From Octopus vulgaris (lineage: Eukaryota), in NCBI GenBank assembly GCA_951406725.2, contig OX597834.1, positions 31,620,001 through 31,684,000 of the forward strand: a stretch of DNA of 64,000 nucleotides, read 5' to 3'. The first letter of the stretch is position 1. Every line of letters starts with the position of its first letter. The notes under the pieces were generated by a model that saw nothing but the letters and a program-made list of their open reading frames with translations, did not search any database and was not told where the DNA came from. The position numbers were made by a program, and so were the translations under genes. Below, one piece after another: positions 1 through 12,030 of this stretch.

Positions 1-23
1 TTCTTCTATTTATTCAGTTATTT

Positions 24-115
24 AGAAGGCACTTGCCCGAGGTGCCTCATAGTAGGACTGAACCCAGAACCATGTGGTTGGGAAGCAAGCTTCTTACAAC
101 ACAGCCACTCCTGCA
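24..115 (-). mobile_element. tRNA-derived SINE family A, head fragment
   Basis: Reverse complement matches the head of the full copy at 43324 (A-box-like TGGCTGTGTTG, B-box-like GGTTCAGTCC). Confidence 0.8.
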
Positions 116-140
116 CATATATGTATATACGTTATTTTTA

Positions 141-181
<41 letters not shown>

Positions 182-264
182 TATAAATACTATATAGTCA
201 AATATACATACATATATATAAATATATTTGTAGAAAAAGGGATATACATACATACTTATATGTA

Positions 265-296
<32 letters not shown>

Positions 297-784
297 CACA
301 TATATATATGCCTGCATTTAGATATGTGTGGAGTTGGGAGCTGTATGTATGTATGTATATCCTTGCTTTGGAGCTCATATCTTGAACCTCTGATAAATTT
401 GAAAATAAGTTCTGTTCTGAAATTTCTAAAATGCACAGCAAAATGCACCCAATACACCCTGGAAAGTGATTTGTAATTAAATGGATGCAAGGTAGTGCAG
501 GGGCAATGTTTAAGCCATATTGAGGACTTGATGCCTACTGTGGCATGGGTAACTGTTTAAAATGCAACCTGTGCACTCCTCTGTAAAGTGGCCAACATTA
601 ACAAAGGCACCCTGCTATTAAAAATCAGGTCAAAAGGGCAAACGTGTGAGTGGGATGAGGACCTCTAATTCATCCATGAAGACAATGCTCCAAATATGGA
701 GCAAAGAATGGAATCAGGTCTTGACAACCTGATTATTACATGCTTGCATGCAAAGCAGACATAAATGTTACTATTGGTTTCATG

Positions 785-1163
785 CTCTTTTACTTGTTTC
801 AGTCATTTGGCTGTGGCCATGCTGGAGCAAATCGACCTCAGGACTTATTCTATGTAAGCCTAGTACTTATTCTATCGGTCTCTTTTACCGAACCGTTAAG
901 TTACGGGGACATAAACACACCAGCATCGGTCAAGTGATGTTGTGGGGACAAACACAGACACAAACTCATACACACACATACATATATATATACATATATA
1001 CGACGAGCTTCTTTTAGTTTCCATGTACCAAATCCACTCACAAGGCTTTGGTCGACCCGAGGCTATAGCAGAAGACACTTACCCAAGGTGCCACGCAGTG
1101 GGACTGAACCCAGAACCATGTGGTTGATAAGCAAGCTACTTACCACACAGCCACTCCTACGCC
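785..1163 (-). mobile_element. tRNA-derived SINE family A, near full length
   Basis: Colinear with 43324-43737 on the opposite strand: Pol III-type head, GGCACCTTGGGTAAGTGTCTTC segment, internal (TA)/(TG) tract, tail ending GACCAAATGACTGAAACAAGTAAAAGAG-like. Confidence 0.9.
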
Positions 1164-1753
1164 TATGCTGTAAAAAAAAAAAGCTTGTATAGCATTCCTT
1201 TATGTTTTCAAGCAATCTTTCAGACTCAAATATACAACATGGCTGGTCACTTCTGAACAAAATGACAAAGGAATCTGGTCTTTGAAAGAAAAACAAAAAC
1301 AAAAACAGGAAGGGATGCTGAACTAATTTACACACCGACCCTATTAATTCTTATTTGAATCAACAAAACTGTTGTGTCGATGGCCCCAGACAATGAAGTA
1401 GGCTAGCCCAATACATAGATATAGAGGGAGAAGTCTAGACATCGAGGAATTGAGTAGAGGTCATCCAAATGTGTGATATAACTGTGGCGACGAGGATGAG
1501 ATGCTCACACAGCCATTGTGTAGTATTGCGATATAACAAAAACGATGTAACTTTTCATCTTGTTTCTTTTTTTCTTTCTCTTTTTTCCTCGTTACACTTA
1601 TTTTTTTTTTTTGTTTGTCCTTTCTCATTTCTTGTCCCAAAGACAAATGTCCTTTGTCATTTTCTTTCAAAAATAACTGGTCAAGTGGAAAAAAAATCTG
1701 TTTTGGAAACCTTCAATTAAAGAGGATGAATCCACATTCAACCTTTATACACC

Positions 1754-1893
<140 letters not shown>

Positions 1894-1950
1894 GTAAATC
1901 CCCAAAAAAAACAAGGACCGATAATGCAAAGACGTGGTATATATGTATAC

Positions 1951-2180
1951 CTATTTCTTTACTGCCCACAAGGGGCTAAACACAGAGAAGACAAACAAGG
2001 ACAGACAAACGGATTAAGTCGATTATATTGACCCCAGTGTGTAACTGGTACTTCTTTAATCGACCCCGAAAGGATGAAAGGCAAAGTCAACCACTGCGGG
2101 ATTTGAACTCAGAACGTAATGGCAGACGAAATACAGCTATGCATTTTGCCCGGCGTGTTAACGTTTCTGCCAGCTCACCG
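1951..2180 (-). mobile_element. tRNA-derived SINE family B (Meta/MESC-like central domain)
   Basis: Reverse complement colinear with 47570-47801; contains GACTTTGCCTTTCATCCTTTCGGGGTCGATTAAAGAAGTACCAG. Confidence 0.88.
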
Positions 2181-4265
2181 CTGGTATATATGTATACCAA
2201 CTAGTTATTGGTGTACCCCTCTCCGCCTGCAGCTAAGCTTTCTGTGCAGAGCTCTGATGAATCAACCAAATTTCTTCCATGAGCAAAAGACCCCAAAATC
2301 ATAAGGGATGGAGTCATTCAATGGAAATCAACACTAGAGTACAACTGGTACTTATCTCTGTTCGGGAGATGAAAGAGAAAGTGAATTCAGATTGCGAAGA
2401 CGAAGAGAGTAAGATGTTACAAGTTGTTTTTCAATATTTCTGCATATCTGCAGGTGCACATATAAGAAGAATGAGAAAGTGAATGAGAGAGAGAGAGAGA
2501 GAGAGAGAGAAGGAGATAAGGAAGAAGCTAGAGAACAAAAAGAGAGTGTGAGCATGGAAAACAGAGTGAGGGGGAGTAGAGAGAGAAAGAGAGAGAGAGA
2601 GAATGTGAGAGAAAAGAAAGGAAATAAAGAAGGTAAGAAAGAAACACAATACTATATATATATATACATATATACATATATATACATACATACATAGACA
2701 TATATGTATAATGCATATATATACATAGATACATACACACACAAACACATACATATATTACATGTATTATATATATTTTTTTATACTTATGCATGTATGT
2801 GTGTGTGTTTGAGTGTGTGTGTGTGTGTATAAGGAAAGTATGAGAGGCAGAGGCCAAACGGACAGGGAGAGGACATAGAAAGTGTGAGAGAAGAAGAAAA
2901 AGAAAGAGTTAGAAAGAGAGGTAAAGGATAAGAAACGAAGAAACAATGACTGATGCGAAAAAAAAAAAATGGAAGAAAATGATAAAATAGATATATTTTT
3001 ATTTATTTTTTTATGTTGTGTTTCATTTTTCTTTGGAAAAATTTTTTTCTCGATTAAATCATTGAAAATTAAATCAGATAAAATTGTGTCTCACTCTATG
3101 TGTGTGTCTGTATATGTGTGTTAAGGTGTGTGTTTGTGAACGTGAGAGTGCTTGTGTATGTCTATGTGTACGGTTCTCTGTATGTGTGTATGGGGTTACA
3201 TCACACGGAGTTTCGAAATGCATGTGTGTGTGTATGTGTGTTGGTACGCATGTGTGTTTATGTATATGTGATAGAGATAGTTAGTTTTTGTGTGTGTGTG
3301 TGTGTTTGTGTTGCTCTTGGAAAGTCTCTGTATGTGTGTGAGGGTGTGCTTGTATATGTGTGTGTGTCTTTGTGAGGTTGTGTCTGTGTGTGTGTGTGTA
3401 TGTGTGTGATTATACATATAACTCTGTGTATGTAGTTGCATCATAGAAAGTTTCTGTATTATATATGTGTATATGTTTGTGTGTGTGTCTGTCTGTTTAT
3501 GTATGTGTGGTGGAGAGAGAGAAAGAGTGTACGTCTCTGTGTGTGTAATTGTGTGTATATGTGTATGTTTATGCATCATAGTGTGTCACTGCATTTGCAT
3601 GTATGCATGTATGTGTTTATGAAAATGTAACTTCAAGCGTGCATATGTGAATGTCACTATTTCTATGTACAGCGTGTGTGTTTGTATGTGTGCATTAGAG
3701 CATACACATACTGCGTTTGTGTGAATGTGTGCATCACCATGCGTACGTATGCGAGTGTGTATGTTTGTCACAATATCTGTATGCATATGATTGTGTATGT
3801 CTACTTCTATGGTAACGTGTATACCAATGTGTGACAATCTGTATGTGTGTGAGTGTGTGTGCATGTATGTGTGTATGCATGATAGCATGTGTATATATAT
3901 ATATGTATGTGTGTGAGATATGAGTATGTCTATGTATGCTTATGTCTATATGTAATACATTTTTCTGTATGTGTGTGTGTATGCGTATGGTTATACTTAA
4001 TATGTTTTTGTGTGACTGTGTATATGAGTACGTAGGTATGCCTGTATATGCATGTATGTAGATATATGGCTATAGGAACATGCATCAAGGTCTACCTGAG
4101 ATTCCAACTGTTCACATGTGCACTCACTTTCTTCCTTCTAAACTTGCTTTCTCTACACACATATACACGCACATGGTAATGTCTGTGTGTATGTTTGTGT
4201 GTGTATATATACACATATATATAGGCATATAATATACTATCTCTCTTTCTCTCTCTCTCTCTCTC

Positions 4266-4310
<45 letters not shown>

Positions 4311-4371
4311 GTATATGTATAATGCATACATACATGTATATTATGCTTCCATATGCATATGTGTATGTATG

Positions 4372-4416
<45 letters not shown>

Positions 4417-4596
4417 CAGAGGTCGTTAGGGTAGATATGTCAAGTGAACAGTAGTATGTATACACACACACACATATATATATATATAAATGCATGTTTT
4501 TATATATATAAGTGCATATACATATATACATACACATATATATATATATTTGTATGCATATATAAATATATATGTATGTATGTATGCATATGTATA

Positions 4597-4651
<55 letters not shown>

Positions 4652-5448
4652 TTATATACATACACACACACATATATATATGAATGTGTATGTGTGAGAA
4701 TGAATATTTAACCCCTCCCCCATCTACCACCCACACACACACAAACGCACTCTTACACACGTGCACTCACACACATTCCTCAGTATCTATTCCGCATCAC
4801 CTGTACTTCCATCACCTGTAACCCCCATCATCACTGCTACCACCACCACCACCACCATCACAACCACTACCATTGCCATGGCCACCACCTCTGCAATCGC
4901 CGGCGCCACCACCGCCTCTGCCACAACCGCCTCCGCTGCCGCTGCCACTGCCGCCACCACCACCGTCACATCACCTCTACCCTCTACCCTCGGCACTCCA
5001 CTCCACTTCCAAAGTACTCCAGTAGGGAGTTTTATCGCTCAAGGTGACAACCCACATTTCAAACTTCTCCTTAGATGATTCTTAGCAGCTTGCTGCTGAA
5101 ACTGCTGCTGCTGCGGCTGCTGCGGCTGCTGCTGCTGTTCTTCTTCTTCTTCTTCTTGTTGCTGGCATTGCTGTTTCTGTAGCTGGTGGTGCTGCTGATT
5201 ATGATGATGATGTGGCTGCAACTGTTGGCAGTTGTGATGGTGCTGCTGTTGTCGTTGCTGTTGTTGTTGTTGCTGCTGTCGCTGCTGCTGCTGCTGCTGT
5301 TGTTGTTGTTGTTGTTCCTCTTCGGATGGAAATCTAAAGATCAAAGCAACTATCGATTCTAGAACCTGCATGTACGTGTGCATGTGTACCTGTACATATG
5401 TGCACACAAGGTTATGTATGTTTATGTGCATGTGTGTGCATATGTATA

Positions 5449-5500
<52 letters not shown>

Positions 5501-5596
5501 ATATAGATATATACGTATATATGAGTTTACGTATTCATTGATTTCTATATGTACACATATAAGTATATATAACTTTATTCATATAAATACATACAT

Positions 5597-5649
<53 letters not shown>

Positions 5650-6117
5650 TATATTTATATACACACATATATATATATATGATTATAGAAATACACGTAT
5701 GTGTCAATTAATGCTGCAGTACATGAATGTGTGCATGAGTATATATGTGTGTGTGTGTATGTATATATATATATATATACATACATATGTATATGTGTGC
5801 GTGTTTATATATATATATATGTATGTATGTATATATGTATATATATGCACACATACGCATATATAGAATATACATCTGTGTGTCAGTGTGTGTATGTATA
5901 TGTATATATTTATGTATGTATGTATTTACTTATAGGTACAAGTAATTGCGCAAGTACACACCTGCAGATACCAATACGTATGTGGATTCATGCAGCTGTT
6001 TATGCATGTGTCATACATGCATACACAACTGCATACACATACGTATTCACATTTAAATTTCTGACAATATCAGTAGCACATAATAAATAATGATGATGAT
6101 GATGATGATGATACTAT

Positions 6118-6812
6118 ATGCCCTGATGCTGTACCAGACAGTGGCTCTCATGGCTTCTGATCTTAACTGATTGGAAGTGCTATCCTGTACATTGTTTTGT
6201 CTTGGTATAAAAGATGGGCTACAGCAAATATTCTGCTCAACACCACAGATTTGCTTGTCAGTTGCTTGACCTTCACTAGTTAAACATGTCCCTTAGTGGC
6301 TTACGACATGTGCATCTCTGATCACGAGCAGAAGTAGTGTGTTGGGAGGGATTCTTTCACCTCTGGAAACATGGGTGTTTTGTTCAACATCCTTAACCCT
6401 TTCGTTACCAACCCAACTGAAACCGGCTCTGGCTCTGAGTACAAATGTCTTATTTTCATAAGTTTTGAATTAAAATCTTTCACCAAACCCTAGTCACAAT
6501 TTATGTTCCTAAGACTTGCTGAATGATAACTAAATTATTTTGCTAAATTCTTTGTTATATTTAAAGTGATTGAAAGAAACACAAAGCATCTCAAAATAAA
6601 TACGGTAACGAAAGGGTTAAACAAATGTTATTCAGGGACTTTTTAAGTGGGATGAGCTACTCAATCTGATGAAAATTCTAACTGGGTCCCATCTGCAAGG
6701 TCATGTACTGTTTATCTTGATATATGTCACACATGCATGTGCTTGGTGTATCCTTATCAGACGGGTAGTCATGATGGGTATATTAGGCTTTGTGTAATTA
6801 TACCCCAGTGTC
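6118..6812 (+). mobile_element. Dispersed non-coding repeat next to (TAA)/(TGA)n, interrupted by a MITE; possibly a non-autonomous Dong/R4-type derivative
   Basis: Colinear with 21739-22227 (shared GTACATTGTTTtGTCTTGGTATAAAAG ... CCTTATCAGACGGGTAGTCATGATGGGTAT). The repeat itself is certain; the Dong link is inferred only from its TAA-repeat flanks. Confidence 0.75.
6397..6616. mobile_element. piggyBac-type MITE, 220 bp
   Basis: TTAA on both sides (6393-6396, 6617-6620); perfect 13-bp TIR CCCTTTCGTTACC/GGTAACGAAAGGG; second copy at 35324. Confidence 0.95.
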
Positions 6813-7000
6813 AATACATGTTTTCATCGTTTATCTTTACTGGTTTCAGTCATTGGACTGCAGTCTTTGCTGGGGCAGTGTCTTAAACAAATCAATCCCA
6901 GTCTGGCACTTATTCTATCAGTATTTTTTGCTATATTGCAGGGATATAAATCTACCAACACTGGTTGTTAACCTTTAATGGGGGGCAAAGAGAAACGCAA

Positions 7001-7053
<53 letters not shown>

Positions 7054-7077
7054 ACATATATCATATATACATACACA

Positions 7078-7124
<47 letters not shown>

Positions 7125-7125
<1 letters not shown>

Positions 7126-7712
7126 ATAAGCATAAAATGATGAAGAAAACTTTTGATCAACAAACAAAATGACTACCATCGGTTATTATTGTTTTAATAC
7201 AAAACTTTAACACTGCTTACAGCCGTTTCTGCTACCAATGTCAGTCAGTGCCACCAAAGAAGATTATAAGAATAATATCTGTCATCTTTTATAGCACATC
7301 TGATCTAGTACACAGAGCTTCATCAGAGTGAATACAAATACATAAAATAAAAGAAGATGGAAGAGGAGAGAACAGGGCATCAAGATGAGGAAAGAAGGCT
7401 TAATAAATTAGAATCATACCATTTTGCTGTGTAAAGCTTGAAGTCAATGAGGACATGAATAAACTCGCAAATAAACTAGAAAAATAATTTTCTGGGTTAA
7501 TCTGTCTTTAGAGGTAGCAATACGTTTAAATAATAATGAAATAAAACTAGTACTTAGTATAACAGGGTTCTCATAATTTTCTTTGGCAGCACCAACTAGC
7601 ATTGGGAGCAGAAACAGCTGTAAGTAATGTTAAAGTTTTGTATTAAAAGAATAATAGCCAATGGTAGTCAGTTTGTTCGTTGATCAAAAGATTTCTCCAT
7701 TTTCTGCTTATT
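7125..7712. repeat. Inverted repeat with ~145-bp arms (7125-7272 and 7568-7712), Penelope-like inverted pseudo-LTR arrangement
   Basis: Left arm AATAAGCATAAAATG...CTTTTGATCAACAAACAAAATGACTACCATCGG... matches the reverse complement of the right arm at roughly 80% by eye; the block sits between (TA)n runs and has a hammerhead-like core. Confidence 0.85.
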
Positions 7713-8546
7713 TTAAATTTGATTTCTGATAAGCTCTTGTTTATTCTGTTATTGCCTGAATCCTATGAGCATAGTATTCTTGCATATCCATGCACAGGGT
7801 TAACAGGTAATTTGTACTGGTAGTAATAAGAAATATATATGAATATATATATGTATACATATATATATATGTATGTATGTATGTATGTATATATATATAT
7901 ATATATATATGCATATATATATATATATATATATGATATATATATATATAAATATATATATATAAGTATATATGTATGTATGTATATATATATGCATATC
8001 TATTTACATTTATATATATGTATATGTATATATGCTTATCTATATATATATGTACATATGCATATATATATATATATATATATATGTAATGTAACTTAAG
8101 GATGGGACAGAATTGACAATGTTTATGGAAAAACCATTTAATTATTATTATTTATCATTATTTATTTATCTTTTTCCCTGCTTTCTCAGCTTTTGTCAAT
8201 TATTTTCATTTAAGTTTTTCACTTTAATAAAAGTCTGCCCACATAGTTTCTATCAAGCTGAAATTGCTGCACCCAAAATATATTGGGCTTTTTTTTTGGT
8301 GGGGGGGGGGGGGAGCATTGTCCTTTTTTTTTTTTTACATTTGTTTTTGTTTTGATCTAATCAACAATGTGTTCAATATTATAGGATATTCATAAATAAA
8401 ATAAAATCAAAGCTGATCAAATAACCAACCTATCCTGTAATATTTTGTTTCATTCAGTCAAAAGCCATGTTTTTTTTCTCCTTTATTCTATGCACCAGAT
8501 ATTGATGCCAGGGCAATCATCCTTTCTTTGACAAATATTGATGTAT

Positions 8547-8692
8547 GATGCAGGTTTGGTTGTGTGATTAACAAGTTTGTTTCCCTATCACATGGTTTTG
8601 GGTTCAGCCCCACTACAAGGCACCTTGGACTAGTGTCATTTATCATAGCCTGGGGTCAAGTGAATTTGGTTGGCAGAAACTGAAAGAATCCC
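8547..8692 (+). mobile_element. SINE family A, diverged head half
   Basis: GGTTCAGCCCCACT...GGCACCTTGGACTAGTGTC...GAAACTGAAAGAA matches the family A head. Confidence 0.8.
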
Positions 8693-8703
8693 TATTATAT
8701 ATA

Positions 8704-8911
8704 TTCTTTTATTCTTTTATTTGTTTCAGTCATTAGATTGCAGCCATGCTGGAGCACCACCTTTAATCAAACAAATCAACTCCAGGACTTATTCTTTGTA
8801 GGCCTAGTACTTATCCTATCGCTCTCTTTTGCCGAACCACTAAGTTACAGGGGACGTAAATAAACCAAAATCTGTTGTGTGAGACAAATACAGACACACA
8901 AACATATACAT

Positions 8912-9004
<93 letters not shown>

Positions 9005-9192
9005 TAGATATATATATATATATATATATGACAGGTTTCTTTTCAGTTTCCATCTACCAAATCCACTAATAAGGCTTTGGTTGGCCTGAGGTTATAGTAG
9101 AAGATACCTGCCCAAGATGCCATGCAGTGAAACTGAACCCAGAACCATTTGATTGGGAAGCAAGCTTTTTACCACACAGCCACTCCTATGCC
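8704..9192 (-). mobile_element. SINE family A with a greatly expanded internal (TA)n
   Basis: Tail half 8704-8900 and head half 9030-9192 are separated by about 110 bp of (TA)n at the family's internal microsatellite position. Confidence 0.88.
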
Positions 9193-9199
9193 TATATAT

Positions 9200-9490
9200 T
9201 TTTATCCTTTACTTGTTTCAGTCATTAGACTGTGGCCATGCTGGAGCACTGCCTTGAAGAATTATAGTTGGACAAATTGAACCCGATACTGTGTGTGTGT
9301 GTGTTTGTTCCTCCACCAATGTTGGAGTATTTATGTTCCTGTAACTTAGCAGTTCAGCAAAGAGACTGATAGAATAAGTACTAGGCTTACAAAGAATAAG
9401 TTCTGGGGTTGATTTGTTCTATTAAAAGGGGTGCTCCAGCATTGCCACAGTCAAATTACTGAAACAAATAAAAGAATAAAGAATAAAAGA
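9200..9490. mobile_element. Two SINE family A tail fragments in opposite orientation
   Basis: TTACTTGTTTCAGTCATTAGACTGTGGCCATGCTGGAGCAC (- strand) and GTGCTCCAGCATTGCCACAGTCAAATTACTGAAACAAATAAAAGA (+ strand). Confidence 0.8.
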
Positions 9491-10536
9491 ATATATATTT
9501 ATTGACTCATGTGTTTGTCCACCCTTTGAAGGGTATTGTTTTCCATCCCACAGAGTGTGTGTCCAGAAACCACCCAACTCACCAATGGGGTCTGGTGATG
9601 GCACCACTTGAAGTGCTGTTGACCCAACCATGCAACAGGATGTACTGGGTTACACGTTGCCTGTAGCACTCAAGAACAAATTGTGTATGCGTGTATGTAT
9701 GTATGTATGTATGTATGTATGTATGTATGTATGTATGCATGTGTGTGTATGTATGTGTGCATGTATGTATGTATGTATGTATGTATGTATGTATGTATGT
9801 ATGCATGCATGCATGTATACAAGTCATTATTCAGTTTTATTTCAAGGTTTCTTGCCAATAAAGTAAGAGCCGGTTTCTAACCTAGATTCAAGGCTCCTTC
9901 ATTGGAATATCAACATCAAAAACAGGGTATTTTTGTTTGTATGTATGTATGCGTGCATTTGTTTGTTTTGTTTTATGTATGTCTTCTCAAGCATTTAGGT
10001 GCATGTCTAGACATGCTTGTATGTGTGTATGTATGTATGTGTGTATGTATGTGTGCATCAATGTATGTATGTATGTATGTATGTGTGTATGTATGTGTGT
10101 ATGTATGTATAAATGAATGTATGAATGTATGTATGTATGTTTGTATGTGTGTATGTATGTATGTATGTATGAATGTATGTATGTATGCTTGTATGTATGT
10201 ATGTGTGCATGTATGAATGTGTGCATGTATGTAAGTGCGTATGTATGTATGTATATATGTCATTTTTCTCTGTTTATTTAGAGGCAATTTTGACTGAGCA
10301 CTTGTTTGGTGGTAAGGTTGTGAAGAAAAGCATCTTGCTTCCTCCCGCATCACTTAAATCTTAAGGTCTTGGAGAGTTTTATTGTCTTAGATATCATGAT
10401 CATTTGTAGCATATGAATTGCGCACACACATATGTATGCATGTACATATGTATGTATGTGTGTATGTATGTATGTAGGTACGTTTGTATGCATGTATATA
10501 TGTGTGTGTGTATGTAAATGTATATGTATATTTATG

Positions 10537-10577
<41 letters not shown>

Positions 10578-10624
10578 TAAATGACGATTCCATGCTGACG
10601 ATAAACATAGGATAATTCATTCAC

Positions 10625-10658
<34 letters not shown>

Positions 10659-10660
<2 letters not shown>

Positions 10661-10880
10661 TCATCATCATCATCATCATCACCATCGTCCTCAATTTAAC
10701 ATCCATTTTCCTTTCCATGCTTGAATGGATTGGATGGAGATTTTCTACGGCTGGATGCCTTCCCTGTTACCAACCTTCACCTGGTTCCACACAGAGTAAT
10801 ATTTCCCCATGGCCACACATACTGGAAATTAACGGCACTGTTTGTCAATCATTTACAACTATTATGAGAAGCCAAAGCAA
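10659..10880 (-). mobile_element. Diverged repeat with RTE-type 3' tail
   Basis: (CAT)n, then TTTAACATCCATTTTCC...TTTCTACGGCTGGATGCCTTCCCTG; related to 23930-24180 and 47830-48080. Confidence 0.7.
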
Positions 10881-10906
10881 GGACGCATGGACACACACAA
10901 ACACAC

Positions 10907-11983
10907 ATCATCATCATCATCATCATCGTTTAGCGTCCGTTTTCCATGCTAGCATGGGTTGGACGGTTCTACTGGGGTCTGTGAAGCCAGAAGGCTTCAT
11001 CAGGCCCAGTCAAATCTGGCAGTGTTTCTACGGCTGGATGCCCTTCCTAACGCCAACCACTCCGTGAGTGTAGTGGGTGCTTTTTACGTGCCACCCGCAC
11101 TGGGGCCAGACAGAGCTGGCAAACGGCCACGAACGGATGGTGCTTTTTATGTGCCACCGGCACGAGGGCCAGGCAAGGCTGGCAACGGACACGAAACGGG
11201 GCGGTGCTGGCAACGGTCGCGAAACGGAAAGTTCTCTTACATGCCACCGGCACTGGTAACACATCTGCAATTTCCATTGATCGATTTCCATTGATCGATT
11301 TCGATTCTGATCCTCACTTGCCTCAACGGGTCTTCACAAGCAGAGTTTTGACATGCCACCGGCACTGGTAGCACATCCGCAATTTCCATTGATCGATTTC
11401 GATTCTGATCCTCACTTGCCTCAACACGTCTTCACAAGTAGAGTTTTGTGTCCCATGAAGGGAAGGTATGCATACGTAGGCCGGCTCCATCCCATGTAGA
11501 AGGCCACGGGTTATGGACTCACTTGTCCTGCCGGGTCTTCTCGCGCACAGCACACTTCCAGAGGTCTCGGTCTCTAGTCATTTCCTCAGTGAGACCTAAA
11601 GTTCGAAGGTCGTGCTTCACCACCTCGTCCCAGGTTTTCCTGGGTCTGCCTCTTCCACAGGTTCCCTCAACCGCTAGGGTGTGGCACTTTTTCACACAAC
11701 TATCTTCATCCATTCTCGCCACATGACCATACCAGCGCAAACGTCTCTCTTGCACACCACAACTGATGCTTCTTAGGTCCAGCTTTTCTCTCAAGGTACT
11801 TACACTCTGCCGAGTGTGAGTACCGGCATTACACATCCATCGGAGCATACTGGCTTCATTTCTAGCGAGCTTACGCATATCCTCAGCAGTCACGGCCCAT
11901 GTTTCACTGCCATGTAGCATGGCTGTTCGTACACACGCATCATACAGTCTGCCTTTCACTCTGTGCGAGAGGCCTTTTGTCAC
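10907..11983 (-). mobile_element. 5'-truncated RTE-clade LINE: ORF C-terminus, ~600-bp 3' UTR and (GAT)n tail
   Basis: RTE-type C-terminal peptide runs into a 3' UTR ending ...GGAAAACGGACGCTAAACGATGATGATG. Confidence 0.93.
11519..11983 (-). pseudogene. RTE LINE ORF, post-reverse-transcriptase C-terminal fragment
   Basis: Motifs KGRLYDACVRTAMLHGSETW, RRLRWYGHVARM, GRGRPRKTW and RDRDLW are typical of RTE-clade ORFs; no internal stop, but 5'-truncated. Confidence 0.93.
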
Positions 11984-11987
11984 ATGC

Positions 11988-12030
<43 letters not shown>

